From assembly GCA_037133055.1 (NCBI GenBank), contig JBAXOY010000094.1:1-12175 (forward strand): DNA of 12,175 nt, given 5' to 3'. Both the position numbers and the translations under genes were made by a program. The DNA is from Chlamydiota bacterium. GTDB taxonomy: Bacteria; Auribacterota; Tritonobacteria; UBA1439. The stretch's first letter is position 1. The number at the start of each line of letters is the position of its first letter. Positions 1 to 7,940 of the stretch are shown piece by piece. A model generated the notes under the pieces. It saw only the letters and a list, made by a program, of their open reading frames with translations, did no database searches and had not been told where the DNA came from.

Positions 1-743
1 CGCGCCGCCCTGAGCGCGCCGCGCGCGAACGTGTCGCGCGAGGTGGCGCGGTGCGCGAGCTCGACGCGCTCGCCTGCCGCGGCGAAGCTGACGACATGGT
101 CGCCGACGATATCCCCCTGCCTGACCGCGTGGATCCCGATCTGGCCCCTCGGCCGCTCGCCCGGCGCGCCCTTCCTCCCGTACACAGCGCCCTTCGAGAG
201 GTCGTTTCCCCGCGCATCAGCGACGGCCCGTGCGAGGGCGAGCGCCGTCCCGCTCGGGGCGTCCTTCTTGAGGCGGTGGTGGGTCTCGACGATCTCCACG
301 TCGTAGTCGTCGCCGAGCGCGCGGGCGACCTCCGCCGCAACCCGGAAGAGAAGGTTCACCCCGACGCTCATGTTGGGGGCGACGAGACACGCGACCTTCC
401 CCGACGCCTTTCTCACCGCCCGCATCTCGGCATCGCCGAGGCCCGTCGTCCCGACCACGATAGGTTTCCCGAGAGACGCGGCCACCCCCGCGTTTTGGGC
501 GCTCGCCTCGCGCCCGGTGAAGTCCACGATCACGTCCGCGCGCCGCGCGGCGGCTTCGAGGTCCGCGGAAACCGCGACCCCGAGTCTCCCCGCCCCTGCG
601 CACTCTCCCGCGTCGGCCCCCAGGCACGGATGCCCGGCGCGCTCGACGGCCCCGGCGACCGCGATCCCGCGCTCTTCAGCCGCGCAGGCGATGATGCGCT
701 TCCCCATCCGCCCGCAGGCGCCGCACACGACTATCCTCAGCAT
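1..743 (-). CDS. dapB: 4-hydroxy-tetrahydrodipicolinate reductase (3'-truncated by window edge)
   Basis: Not in the ORF track. Translated by hand from the ATG at 743: MLRIVVCGACGRMGKRII (Rossmann GxxGRMG), VIVDFT, IVVGTTG, APNMSVGVNLL, VEIVETHHRLKKDAPSGTA (substrate-binding signature), GDIVGDH, HRATSRDTFARGAL. The frame stays open to the window edge and follows dapA. Confidence 0.96.
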   Translation of the reverse strand, partial: MLRIVVCGACGRMGKRIIACAAEERGIAVAGAVERAGHPCLGADAGECAGAGRLGVAVSADLEAAARRADVIVDFTGREASAQNAGVAASLGKPIVVGTTGLGDAEMRAVRKASGKVACLVAPNMSVGVNLLFRVAAEVARALGDDYDVEIVETHHRLKKDAPSGTALALARAVADARGNDLSKGAVYGRKGAPGERPRGQIGIHAVRQGDIVGDHVVSFAAAGERVELAHRATSRDTFARGALRAA

Positions 744-766
744 GGAATACCCCCCACCCTTTAGAA

Positions 767-811
767 CTTACGGCTTATAGCTTACGGCTTACAGCTTAGA
801 GCTTACAGCTT
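767..811. repeat. 7-bp tandem repeat array, copy 1 (dapA-dapB spacer)
   Basis: CTTACGG CTTATAG CTTACGG CTTACAG CTTAGAG CTTACAG CTT, directly abutting the dapA stop codon (812-814). A degenerate unit TTTAGAA lies at 760-766. Confidence 0.93.
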
Positions 812-1678
812 TCAGATCAGTTCGTACTCCTTCATCACCTTCTCGAGCTTTGACCGGCTTTCCTCGCCTATGCGGCAAAGGGGCAGGCGGTACTCCTCCC
901 GTATCCTGCCCATCATGGCGAGCGCGGCCTTCACCGGTATGGGATTGGTCTCGATAAAGAGGATGCTGCTCATCCGGTAGAGCTCGTAGTGCATGGTGCG
1001 CGCGCCCTCGATATCCTTCTCGAGGAACGTCTCCACCATCTCGGCGACCGCGGCGGGGAGGACGTTGGCGACCACGGAGACCACCCCCTTGCCCCCGAGC
1101 GCCATGATCGGGAAGGTCAGGCTGTCGTCGCCGGAGAGCACAGTGATGTCGCAACGGGAGATGATCTGGCTCACCTGATCGAGGCTGCCGCTCGCCTCCT
1201 TGATGGCGACGATGTTCTTATGCTTCGCGAGGGAGGCCACCGTCTCCGGCGCAATGGAGATACCCGTCCTCCCGGGGACGTTGTAGATGACGAGAGGGAT
1301 GTCCACCTCTTTCGCGAGCGCCTCGTAGTGGTAGTGCAGCCCGCGCTGGGTCGGCTTGTTGCAGTAGGGGGTGATGACCAGCGCCCCGTCGGCCCCCGCC
1401 TCCTTCGCGTGGGCGGTCAACCGCAGCGCCTCCCTGGTGGAATTCGATCCGCTGCCGGCGATGACGGGCACCCTCCCGGCGACCTTCCCGATGACAAACT
1501 CCACCACCCGGTCGTGCTCCTCATGGGACAGCGTCGCAGACTCCCCCGTCGTCCCGCAGGGGAGGATCACGTCGGTCCCGCCCTCGACCTGAAACTCGAT
1601 CAGCTCGCCGAGCGCTTCGTAGTCGACCTCGCCGTCCCGGAACGGTGTCACCAGGGCCACAATCGATCCGCTGAACAT
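812..1678 (-). CDS. dapA: 4-hydroxy-tetrahydrodipicolinate synthase (DHDPS)
   Basis: MFSGSIVALVTPF, GTTGESATL, IYNVPGRTG, AIKEASG (Schiff-base Lys), LSGDD, ETNPIPVK. Start placed at ATG 1678 (GAGGGGG just upstream; matches the typical DapA N-terminus) rather than ORF-track 1738; 288 aa. Confidence 0.96.
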   Translation of the reverse strand: MFSGSIVALVTPFRDGEVDYEALGELIEFQVEGGTDVILPCGTTGESATLSHEEHDRVVEFVIGKVAGRVPVIAGSGSNSTREALRLTAHAKEAGADGALVITPYCNKPTQRGLHYHYEALAKEVDIPLVIYNVPGRTGISIAPETVASLAKHKNIVAIKEASGSLDQVSQIISRCDITVLSGDDSLTFPIMALGGKGVVSVVANVLPAAVAEMVETFLEKDIEGARTMHYELYRMSSILFIETNPIPVKAALAMMGRIREEYRLPLCRIGEESRSKLEKVMKEYELI

Positions 1679-1745
1679 AGACACCCCCTCGAGTTTCATC
1701 GCCACGCGTTCACACCCGGCCTCGTGAGGCGGCCACACCGGGGAA

Positions 1746-1754
1746 AGTATACCA
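1746..1754 (-). promoter_or_regulatory. Putative extended -10 internal promoter for dapA-dapB
   Basis: Minus strand reads TGGTATACT (TGn + TATACT) within the 148-bp dapF-dapA spacer, the longest spacer inside the operon. No recognisable -35. Confidence 0.5.
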
Positions 1755-1764
1755 CGTCCCCGCG

Positions 1765-1795
1765 GGATTCCGCCTCATCATGATGCGGGGAATCC
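1765..1795. repeat. Imperfect inverted repeat (hairpin or operator) in the dapF-dapA spacer
   Basis: GGATTCC-gcct-CATCATGATG-cgg-GGAATCC: 7-bp outer arms and a perfect 10-bp central palindrome at 1776-1785. Confidence 0.55.
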
Positions 1796-1826
1796 GGAGT
1801 TTCGCGGCGGGGGGCCGGGAAGGGGA

Positions 1827-2663
1827 TTACCTTTTCCGTTCGACGTCGATCTCGCCCCGGAAGACCTCTTCCGCGGGGCCGGTCATGAAGACGTGGCCAT
1901 CTTCCGCCCACCGGATGAGGAGCTCCCCGCCGGGCAGGGCGACGACTATCTCCCGGCCGGTCCTGCCGTTGAGAGAGCTCGCGACCGCGGCGGCGCACGC
2001 ACCGGTCCCGCACGCCGCCGTTTCCCCCGCGCCGCGCTCCCAGACCCGCATCGAGATCCGCGTGGGAGACTCCACCTTCACGAACTCCACGTTCACGCGC
2101 TGGGGGAAAAGCGCGTCCGTCTCGATCTTCGGGCCGAGCTGCCGCACGGGACATAAAGCAAGATCGGTTACAAAGATGATGCAGTGCGGGTTGCCCATGG
2201 AGACGCAGGTGATCCGCCTCTGCTCGTTGGCGAGCGTCACCTCGCGGTCGATGATCCTCCCCCCCATCCGCACCGGAATCCTTGGCCCCTCGAGCTCCGG
2301 GGGCCCCATGTCCACGGTGACCCGGTCGCCCTGGACCCGCGGCCGGATGATCCCCGCCCGCGTCTCGATCGCCTGCTCCGACTCGTCCGCGAGCCCCTGT
2401 GCGACGAGGTACTTCGCGAGACACCGGATCCCGTTCCCGCACATCTCCACCTCGCCGCCGTCGGCGTTGTAAACCCGCATCCGGTAGTCGACCTTCTTCG
2501 AGGGGAGAAGGACGAGGAGCTGGTCGGCCCCGATGCCGTGGCGCCGGTCGCAGAGGGTCCGGATGAGCTCCTGGTGGATCGGAACGGTGTGCCGGATGCA
2601 GTCGAGGATGATGAAGTCGTTCCCGAGCCCGTGCATCTTCACGAACGGGATTTTCATGGCCAT
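1827..2663 (-). CDS. dapF: Diaminopimelate epimerase
   Basis: FVKMHGLGNDF, GIGADQLL, NADGGEVEMCGNGIRC, VSMGNPH, VWERGAGETAACGTGA (both catalytic Cys present). Start at ATG 2663 (GAGGT 10 nt upstream) or 2657. Confidence 0.96.
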   Translation of the reverse strand: MAMKIPFVKMHGLGNDFIILDCIRHTVPIHQELIRTLCDRRHGIGADQLLVLLPSKKVDYRMRVYNADGGEVEMCGNGIRCLAKYLVAQGLADESEQAIETRAGIIRPRVQGDRVTVDMGPPELEGPRIPVRMGGRIIDREVTLANEQRRITCVSMGNPHCIIFVTDLALCPVRQLGPKIETDALFPQRVNVEFVKVESPTRISMRVWERGAGETAACGTGACAAAVASSLNGRTGREIVVALPGGELLIRWAEDGHVFMTGPAEEVFRGEIDVERKR

Positions 2664-2675
2664 TACCGGAGAAAC

Positions 2676-2702
2676 CTCAATGCTCTCTGTGTCCTCTGTG
2701 GC
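2676..2702. repeat. 9-bp tandem repeat (lysA-dapF spacer)
   Basis: CTCAATGCT CTCTGTGTC CTCTGTGGC (mRNA GCCACAGAG GACACAGAG AGCATTGAG), starting 4 nt after the lysA stop. Same unit family as 11255-11314. Confidence 0.65.
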
Positions 2703-2706
2703 ACCC

Positions 2707-3966
2707 TTATTTTTTAAGGAAGGCCGGAATCCGCTCGCCGCGGACGAGGTCCTTGTAGCTCTCCCGCTCCCGCACGAGCCAGGCCTGCGTCCCACGGACG
2801 AGGACCTCAGCCGCCCGGCGGCGGGAGTTGTAGTTCGACGACATTGCGAATCCGTACGCCCCCGCCCCCATGACGGCGAGGATGTCCCCGGGGCGCGGCT
2901 CCTGCATCGTCCGGTCCTTCCCGAGGAAATCCCCGGACTCGCAGACCGGCCCGACGACGTCCGCGGTGATCGCCCTCCCCCTCCCCTTGCGGACAGGGAG
3001 GATCTCGTGGTACGCCCCGTAGAGACTGGGCCGGATGAGATCGTTCATGGCAGCGTCCACGATGACGAAGTTCCGCGCGGCGCCCTTCTTGAGGTACACC
3101 ACGCGCGTGAGAAGCACCCCGGAGTTCCCGGCGATGAAGCGCCCGGGTTCGAGCACCAGCGTGAGCCCGAGCCCATTGAGCTCCGGGAGCACGGCCGCCG
3201 CGAACCGGTCGGCGCTTGCCGGGTTCTCGTCGCAGTAGATGATCCCAAGCCCCCCGCCGATATCGAGGTATTCGAGCGGCACCCCCGTGCGCACGAGCTC
3301 GCGCGCAAGGGGGAGCACCTTCCTCAGCGCCTCGACGTAGGGCCCGGTCTCGATGATCTGGGAGCCGATGTGCATCTGCACCGCCACCGGCCTGACGTGC
3401 CGCAGCCGCATCGCCTTCCGGTAGGCGCCGCCGACGCGGGCGAGGTCGAGCCCGAACTTGTTCTCCGCCTTCCCCGTGGTGATGTACCGATGGGTGTGAG
3501 GGTCAACGTCCGGGGTAACGCGGAACGCGATCCGGGCGGTCTTCCGGAGCCGCGCCGCCGTTTGCTCGACGGCCTCGAGCTCCGCGAGCGACTCCACGGT
3601 CAGGAAGAGGATATCCGCCCGAAGCGCCGCGGCGATCTCATCCCCCGTCTTCCCCACCCCGGCGAAGACGATCCTGCGGCGGTCGGCCCCCGCGGCAAAC
3701 GCGCGGTGCAGTTCGCCCCCCGAGACGATGTCGAAGCCCGCGCCCGCCTTCGCGAGTGTTCTCAGGACCGCGAGATTCGAGCAGGATTTTACCGAGTAGC
3801 AGATGAGGTGCGGCACCGCGGAAAAGGCGCGGTCGAGCCGCTCGAAGTGCCCGGTCAGCGTGGCGTGGCTGTAGACGTAGAGCGGAGTGCCGAACCTGCG
3901 GGCGAGGTCATCGAGCGGGAGCGACTCGGCGCAGAGCCGCCCTCCCCGGTAGAGGAACTCATGCAT
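2707..3966 (-). CDS. lysA: Diaminopimelate decarboxylase
   Basis: FGTPLYVYS, YSVKSCSN (PLP Lys), DIVSGGEL, KFG, HIGSQ, DIGGGLG, EPGR, GPVCESGD, GAYGFAMSSNYNSR. Start ATG 3966 overlaps the argH stop (ATGCATGA); 419 aa. Confidence 0.97.
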   Translation of the reverse strand: MHEFLYRGGRLCAESLPLDDLARRFGTPLYVYSHATLTGHFERLDRAFSAVPHLICYSVKSCSNLAVLRTLAKAGAGFDIVSGGELHRAFAAGADRRRIVFAGVGKTGDEIAAALRADILFLTVESLAELEAVEQTAARLRKTARIAFRVTPDVDPHTHRYITTGKAENKFGLDLARVGGAYRKAMRLRHVRPVAVQMHIGSQIIETGPYVEALRKVLPLARELVRTGVPLEYLDIGGGLGIIYCDENPASADRFAAAVLPELNGLGLTLVLEPGRFIAGNSGVLLTRVVYLKKGAARNFVIVDAAMNDLIRPSLYGAYHEILPVRKGRGRAITADVVGPVCESGDFLGKDRTMQEPRPGDILAVMGAGAYGFAMSSNYNSRRRAAEVLVRGTQAWLVRERESYKDLVRGERIPAFLKK

Positions 3967-5347
3967 GGGAGATCCCCAGCTTTCTCTTCCACCCCGCGAG
4001 GGCCTTCGCCACGCCCGCCGGCGACGTGGATCCACGCGACATCTTCCGCGCGACCGTGTGGTCGTGCGCGAGGACTGCGAGCGCGTCCGGCCCGAACCGC
4101 GGGGAGCAGGCGCGGAGCTCCGCCAGGGCCAGCTTCTCGAGTCTCTTCCCGCGCCGCGCGCAGTCGGCGACGAGCCTCCCGATCGCGTAGTGCGCCTCGC
4201 GGAACGGGGCTCCTTTCGAGACGAGGTATTCGGCGAGGTCGGTGGCCTGGCTGAAATCCCCCTCGAGCGCCCTCCGGAGGGCCTCCGGCCGGAACGAGAT
4301 CTTACTCCAGAGCCCCGCCATGATCCCGAGGCAGCCCTCGAGTGTCGCGACGGCGTCGAAGAGCGGCTCCTTGTCCTCCTGCATGTCGCGGTTGTAGGCG
4401 AGCGGCAGCCCCTTCATGACCGTCAGGACCGACACGAGAGAGCCGATCAGCCGGCCGCTTTTTCCGCGCACGAGTTCGGCGACATCGGGGTTCGCCTTCT
4501 GCGGCATCAGCGACGACCCGCTGCAGTAGGAGAGATCGATCACGATGAACGAGAACTCCCTGCTCGCCCAGAGAACGATCTCCTCGGCCATCCGGGAGAG
4601 GTGCACCCCGATGATCGCGCCTGCGGCGAGGAACTCGATAACGAAATCACGGTCGCTCACCGCGTCCATGCTGTTCTCGCAGAGGCGCGGGAAGCCGAGC
4701 GCCCGAGCCACGTGCTCTCGGTCGATGGGGAGGCTCGTCCCGGCGAGCGCGCCCGCGCCGAGGGGCAGGCAGTCGGCCCGCTTCAGGCAATCCGCCATCC
4801 GGGAGGCGTCGCGATCGAGCATCTCCACGTACGCGAGCAGGTGGTGCGCGACGAGCACCGGCTGGCCGTGCTGGAGATGGGTGAAGCCCGGCATGACATG
4901 CGCCCGGTGTTTCCAGGCGGCGGCCACCAGGCTCTTCTGGAGTTCCCTGATGCGGGAGACCACGGCGCCGATCGCGTCGCGCACGAAGAGCCGCGCATCG
5001 AGCGCGACCTGGTCGTTCCGGCTGCGGGCGGTGTGAAGCCTGTCCGCCGCCGGGCCGACGATTTCCTTCAGGCGCGCCTCTACCGCCATGTGGATATCCT
5101 CGTGGCCTGGGCCGGGACGGAATGCCCCGCGCCTGATCTCCGCCTCCACCCGCTTCAGCCCCGCGCTGATCCTCTTTGCCTCCGCCTGCGTCACGAGCCC
5201 CCGTTTCGCGAGCATCGCGACGTGGGCGAGGCTGCCGCGGATGTCGTGCGTGAACAGGCGCCGGTCGAAGCCGATGGAGGCGGTGAACCGCTCCACCTCG
5301 GGCGCCATCTCCCTGTCGAACCTGCCGGACCAGAGCTTCCGCGTCAT
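3959..5347 (-). CDS. argH: Argininosuccinate lyase
   Basis: KLWSGRF, EDIHMAVE, LHTARSRNDQVALD, MPGFTHLQ, GSSLMPQKANPD (fumarase-superfamily SSxMPxKxN), LPLAYNRDMQEDKE. GGAGG ribosome-binding site at 5352-5356. Confidence 0.97.
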   Translation of the reverse strand: MTRKLWSGRFDREMAPEVERFTASIGFDRRLFTHDIRGSLAHVAMLAKRGLVTQAEAKRISAGLKRVEAEIRRGAFRPGPGHEDIHMAVEARLKEIVGPAADRLHTARSRNDQVALDARLFVRDAIGAVVSRIRELQKSLVAAAWKHRAHVMPGFTHLQHGQPVLVAHHLLAYVEMLDRDASRMADCLKRADCLPLGAGALAGTSLPIDREHVARALGFPRLCENSMDAVSDRDFVIEFLAAGAIIGVHLSRMAEEIVLWASREFSFIVIDLSYCSGSSLMPQKANPDVAELVRGKSGRLIGSLVSVLTVMKGLPLAYNRDMQEDKEPLFDAVATLEGCLGIMAGLWSKISFRPEALRRALEGDFSQATDLAEYLVSKGAPFREAHYAIGRLVADCARRGKRLEKLALAELRACSPRFGPDALAVLAHDHTVARKMSRGSTSPAGVAKALAGWKRKLGISHA

Positions 5348-5370
5348 GGTGCCTCCGTACCTTTCCTTGT

Positions 5371-5415
5371 CTTACGGCTCAGGGCTTACAGCTTACGGCT
5401 TACCCCTTACAGCTT
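5371..5415. repeat. 7-bp tandem repeat array, copy 2 (argG end / argG-argH spacer)
   Basis: CTTACGG CTCAGGG CTTACAG CTTACGG CTTACCC CTTACAG CTT. It overlaps the last argG codons (S-C-K-G) and supplies the TAA stop at 5400-5402. Confidence 0.9.
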
Positions 5416-6602
5416 TTCCTCATCATCGCCTCGATCCTGAGCCTGAGGCCGTTCAGCCGGATGAACCCGGTCGCATCCGCCTGGTTGTACACCGCGCTCG
5501 CCTCGAAGGTGGCGTGCGCCGGGCTGTAGAGCGAGCAGGGGGAGCTTCTGCCGACGACCATGCAGTTCCCCTTGTAGAGCTTGACCCGCACACGGCCGGT
5601 GACGTTCCTCTGGCTCTCCTCGACGGCGGCCGCGAGCATCCGCATCTCGGGCGAGTACCAGAAACCGTTGTAGATCAGCGAGGAGAAGAACGGGATGAGC
5701 GAGTCGCGGAGGTGCATCACCTCGCGGTCCATCGTGAGCGACTCCATCGCGCGGTGTGCGATGTGGAGGATCGTCCCGCCCGGGGTCTCGTAGACGCCGC
5801 GGCACTTCATGCCGACGTAGCGATTCTCCACGATGTCGATCCTGCCCACCCCGTTCCTCCCGCCGAGCTCGTTCAGGCGGGTGAGCAGCTTCGCGGGCGA
5901 GAGCTTCTTCCCGTCCACCGCCACCGGCACGCCCTTCGCGAAGTCGACCGTGACATAGGTCGGCTTGTCGGGGGCCTTCTCCGGGGAGACGCTCAGGACG
6001 AACATGTCCTCGTCCGGCTCGCGGTCCGGGTTCTCGAGGATGCCGCCCTCGAAGCTGATGTGCAGGAGGTTCCGGTCGCTCGAGTACGGCTTCTCCTTCG
6101 TCACTGGGATCGGGATGCCGTGCCGCTTCGCGTACTCGAACAGCTCCGCGCGCGCGCGGAAGTTCCACTCGCGCCACGGGGCGATCACCTTGAGGTCTGG
6201 CCCGAGGGCGGCGAAGGTGAGTTCGAACCGGACCTGGTCGTTCCCCTTCCCCGTCGCGCCGTGCGCCACGGCCTTGGCCTTCTCCTTCCGCGCGATCTCC
6301 ACCTGCCGCTTCGCAATGAGCGGGCGCGCGATGGAGGTCCCGAGCAGGTAGGTCCCCTCGTAGATCGCGTTGGCCTTGAGCGCCGCGAAGACGAAGTCCC
6401 GCGCGAACTCCTCGCGCAGGTCCTCGACGTAGACCTTGCTCGCCCCGGTGCGGAGCGCCTTCTGCCGGATGCCGTCGAGCTCCTCGCCCTGGCCGAGGTC
6501 GGCCACGTAGGCGATGACGTCCATCCCCTTTTCCTTCCGGAGCCACTTCAGGATGATCGAGGTGTCGAGCCCCCCCGAGTACGCGAGGACCACCTTTTCC
6601 AT
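5400..6602 (-). CDS. argG: Argininosuccinate synthase
   Basis: [70 protein letters not shown] ribosome-binding site upstream. Confidence 0.98.
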   Translation of the reverse strand: MEKVVLAYSGGLDTSIILKWLRKEKGMDVIAYVADLGQGEELDGIRQKALRTGASKVYVEDLREEFARDFVFAALKANAIYEGTYLLGTSIARPLIAKRQVEIARKEKAKAVAHGATGKGNDQVRFELTFAALGPDLKVIAPWREWNFRARAELFEYAKRHGIPIPVTKEKPYSSDRNLLHISFEGGILENPDREPDEDMFVLSVSPEKAPDKPTYVTVDFAKGVPVAVDGKKLSPAKLLTRLNELGGRNGVGRIDIVENRYVGMKCRGVYETPGGTILHIAHRAMESLTMDREVMHLRDSLIPFFSSLIYNGFWYSPEMRMLAAAVEESQRNVTGRVRVKLYKGNCMVVGRSSPCSLYSPAHATFEASAVYNQADATGFIRLNGLRLRIEAMMRKSCKG

Positions 6603-6617
6603 ATCGTTCTCCTTTCA

Positions 6618-6640
6618 GTCAATAGTAGAGGTCTGACCCC
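6618..6640 (-). repeat. Single REP-like motif GGGGTCAGACCTCTACTATTGAC in the argD-argG spacer
   Basis: Imperfect palindrome GAGGTCTGACCCC (6628-6640) with an AT-rich tail. From memory only, it resembles GGGGTCA-type extragenic repeats seen near REP-associated tyrosine transposases. Only one copy in the window. Confidence 0.35.
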
Positions 6641-6649
6641 GTATCACGC

Positions 6650-7864
6650 TCAGCGCCGGGCGCGGGTGACGGCGGCGAACGCCTCTTCCACTATCTTGAT
6701 GGCGCGGTCGATCTCGGCCTTCGTGACCGTCATGGCGGGCATGAAGCGGAGCACGTTGTCCCCGGTTGAGTTCGTGAGCATTCGCCTCTTCAGGCACTCC
6801 GCCACCACCGCCTTCCCGTCGATCGAGAGGTGCATCCCGAGCATCAGACCCTCGCCACGGATCTCCCTGACGAACGTGTGGCGCCCCGCGAGGCGGACGA
6901 TCCGGGTGCGAAGATATTTGCCCATCCGCCGCGTCCGCTTGAGCAGTTGCTCCTCCTCGATCGCCTCGAAGACCGCGATCCCCGCCGCGCAGGCGAGCGG
7001 GTTGCCGCCGAACGTCGAGGCGTGCGTGCCCGGCTGGAGCAGGTCGGCGTAGTTTGAGGCGGCGAGCATCGCCCCGATCGCCACGCCGCCTCCGAGCGTC
7101 TTGGCGAGCGTGATCACGTCGGGCCTGATTCCGTAGTGCTGGTAGGCGAAATACTTCCCGGTCCTCCCCATCCCCGTCTGGACCTCGTCCATGATCAGGA
7201 GGATCCCTCTCGAGTCGCAGAGCCGTCGCACCGCGACGAAGTACTCCGGCGGCGCGACGTTGATCCCCCCCTCGCCCTGGATCGGCTCGAGCATCACCGC
7301 GCAGGTCGCGTCGGTCACCGCGCGCGAGAGCGCGCCGATGTCGCCGAACGGGACGTGCTTCACGCCGGGGAGGAGCGGGCCGAACCCCTGCCGGTATTTC
7401 GCCTGCCCCGTCGCCGTGATCGTCGCGATGGTGCGCCCGTGGAACGAGTCGAGCATCGAGATGATCTCGTAGCGCCCCGTCGCGCTCCCCGCCTTCCGGG
7501 CGAGCTTCATCGCGGCCTCGTTCGCCTCCGCCCCGCTGTTGCAGAAAAAGCATTTCCCCGGGAAGGCGTGCTCGACGATGAGTTCCGCGAGGCGGGCCTG
7601 GAGGGGGCTGTAGTAGATGTTGGGGAGGTGCAGGAGCACCCCGGCCTGCTTCCTGACGGCCGCGACGACCTTCGGGTGACAGTGCCCGAGCCCGCTCACC
7701 GCGTAGCCGGGGAAGAAATCGAGATACTTCCGGCCGCGGTCGTCCCAGACCCACGAGCCCTTTCCCCTGACGACGACGAGCGGGCTCCTCCCGTACGAGG
7801 GAATCACATAGCGCCCGTATGCCTCGATCGTACCCGGTGCCCGATTCCGCTTGTTGCCTTTCAT
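6650..7864 (-). CDS. argD: Acetylornithine aminotransferase (class III PLP aminotransferase)
   Basis: YLDFFPGYAVSGLGHCHP, FCNSGAEANEAAMK, SFHGRT, EPIQGEGG, DEVQTGMGRTG, TLAKTLGGG (PLP Lys), HASTFGGNPL. Start at ATG 7864 (GGAGAGG 5 nt upstream); alternative 7891. Confidence 0.93.
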   Translation of the reverse strand: MKGNKRNRAPGTIEAYGRYVIPSYGRSPLVVVRGKGSWVWDDRGRKYLDFFPGYAVSGLGHCHPKVVAAVRKQAGVLLHLPNIYYSPLQARLAELIVEHAFPGKCFFCNSGAEANEAAMKLARKAGSATGRYEIISMLDSFHGRTIATITATGQAKYRQGFGPLLPGVKHVPFGDIGALSRAVTDATCAVMLEPIQGEGGINVAPPEYFVAVRRLCDSRGILLIMDEVQTGMGRTGKYFAYQHYGIRPDVITLAKTLGGGVAIGAMLAASNYADLLQPGTHASTFGGNPLACAAGIAVFEAIEEEQLLKRTRRMGKYLRTRIVRLAGRHTFVREIRGEGLMLGMHLSIDGKAVVAECLKRRMLTNSTGDNVLRFMPAMTVTKAEIDRAIKIVEEAFAAVTRARR

Positions 7865-7903
7865 TCCCGCCTCTCCATGATTGCGCATCATTTCGCCCTT
7901 GTC

Positions 7904-7920
7904 CGCCGGATGAACCGGCG
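7904..7920. other. Small GC hairpin in the argB-argD spacer
   Basis: CGCCGG-ATGAA-CCGGCG. No U-tract follows on the minus strand, so it is not called a terminator. Confidence 0.35.
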
Positions 7921-7940
7921 TCTCGTGTGTCTGCCGATCC

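Noticed and set aside
51..764. 237-aa plus-strand ORF
   Set aside because: Antisense shadow of dapB, which is clearly encoded on the minus strand with all its motifs.
1679..1826. Lysine riboswitch upstream of dapA
   Set aside because: The region is shorter than a typical lysine aptamer plus expression platform and lacks the conserved AGAGGNGC start and a terminator U-tract.
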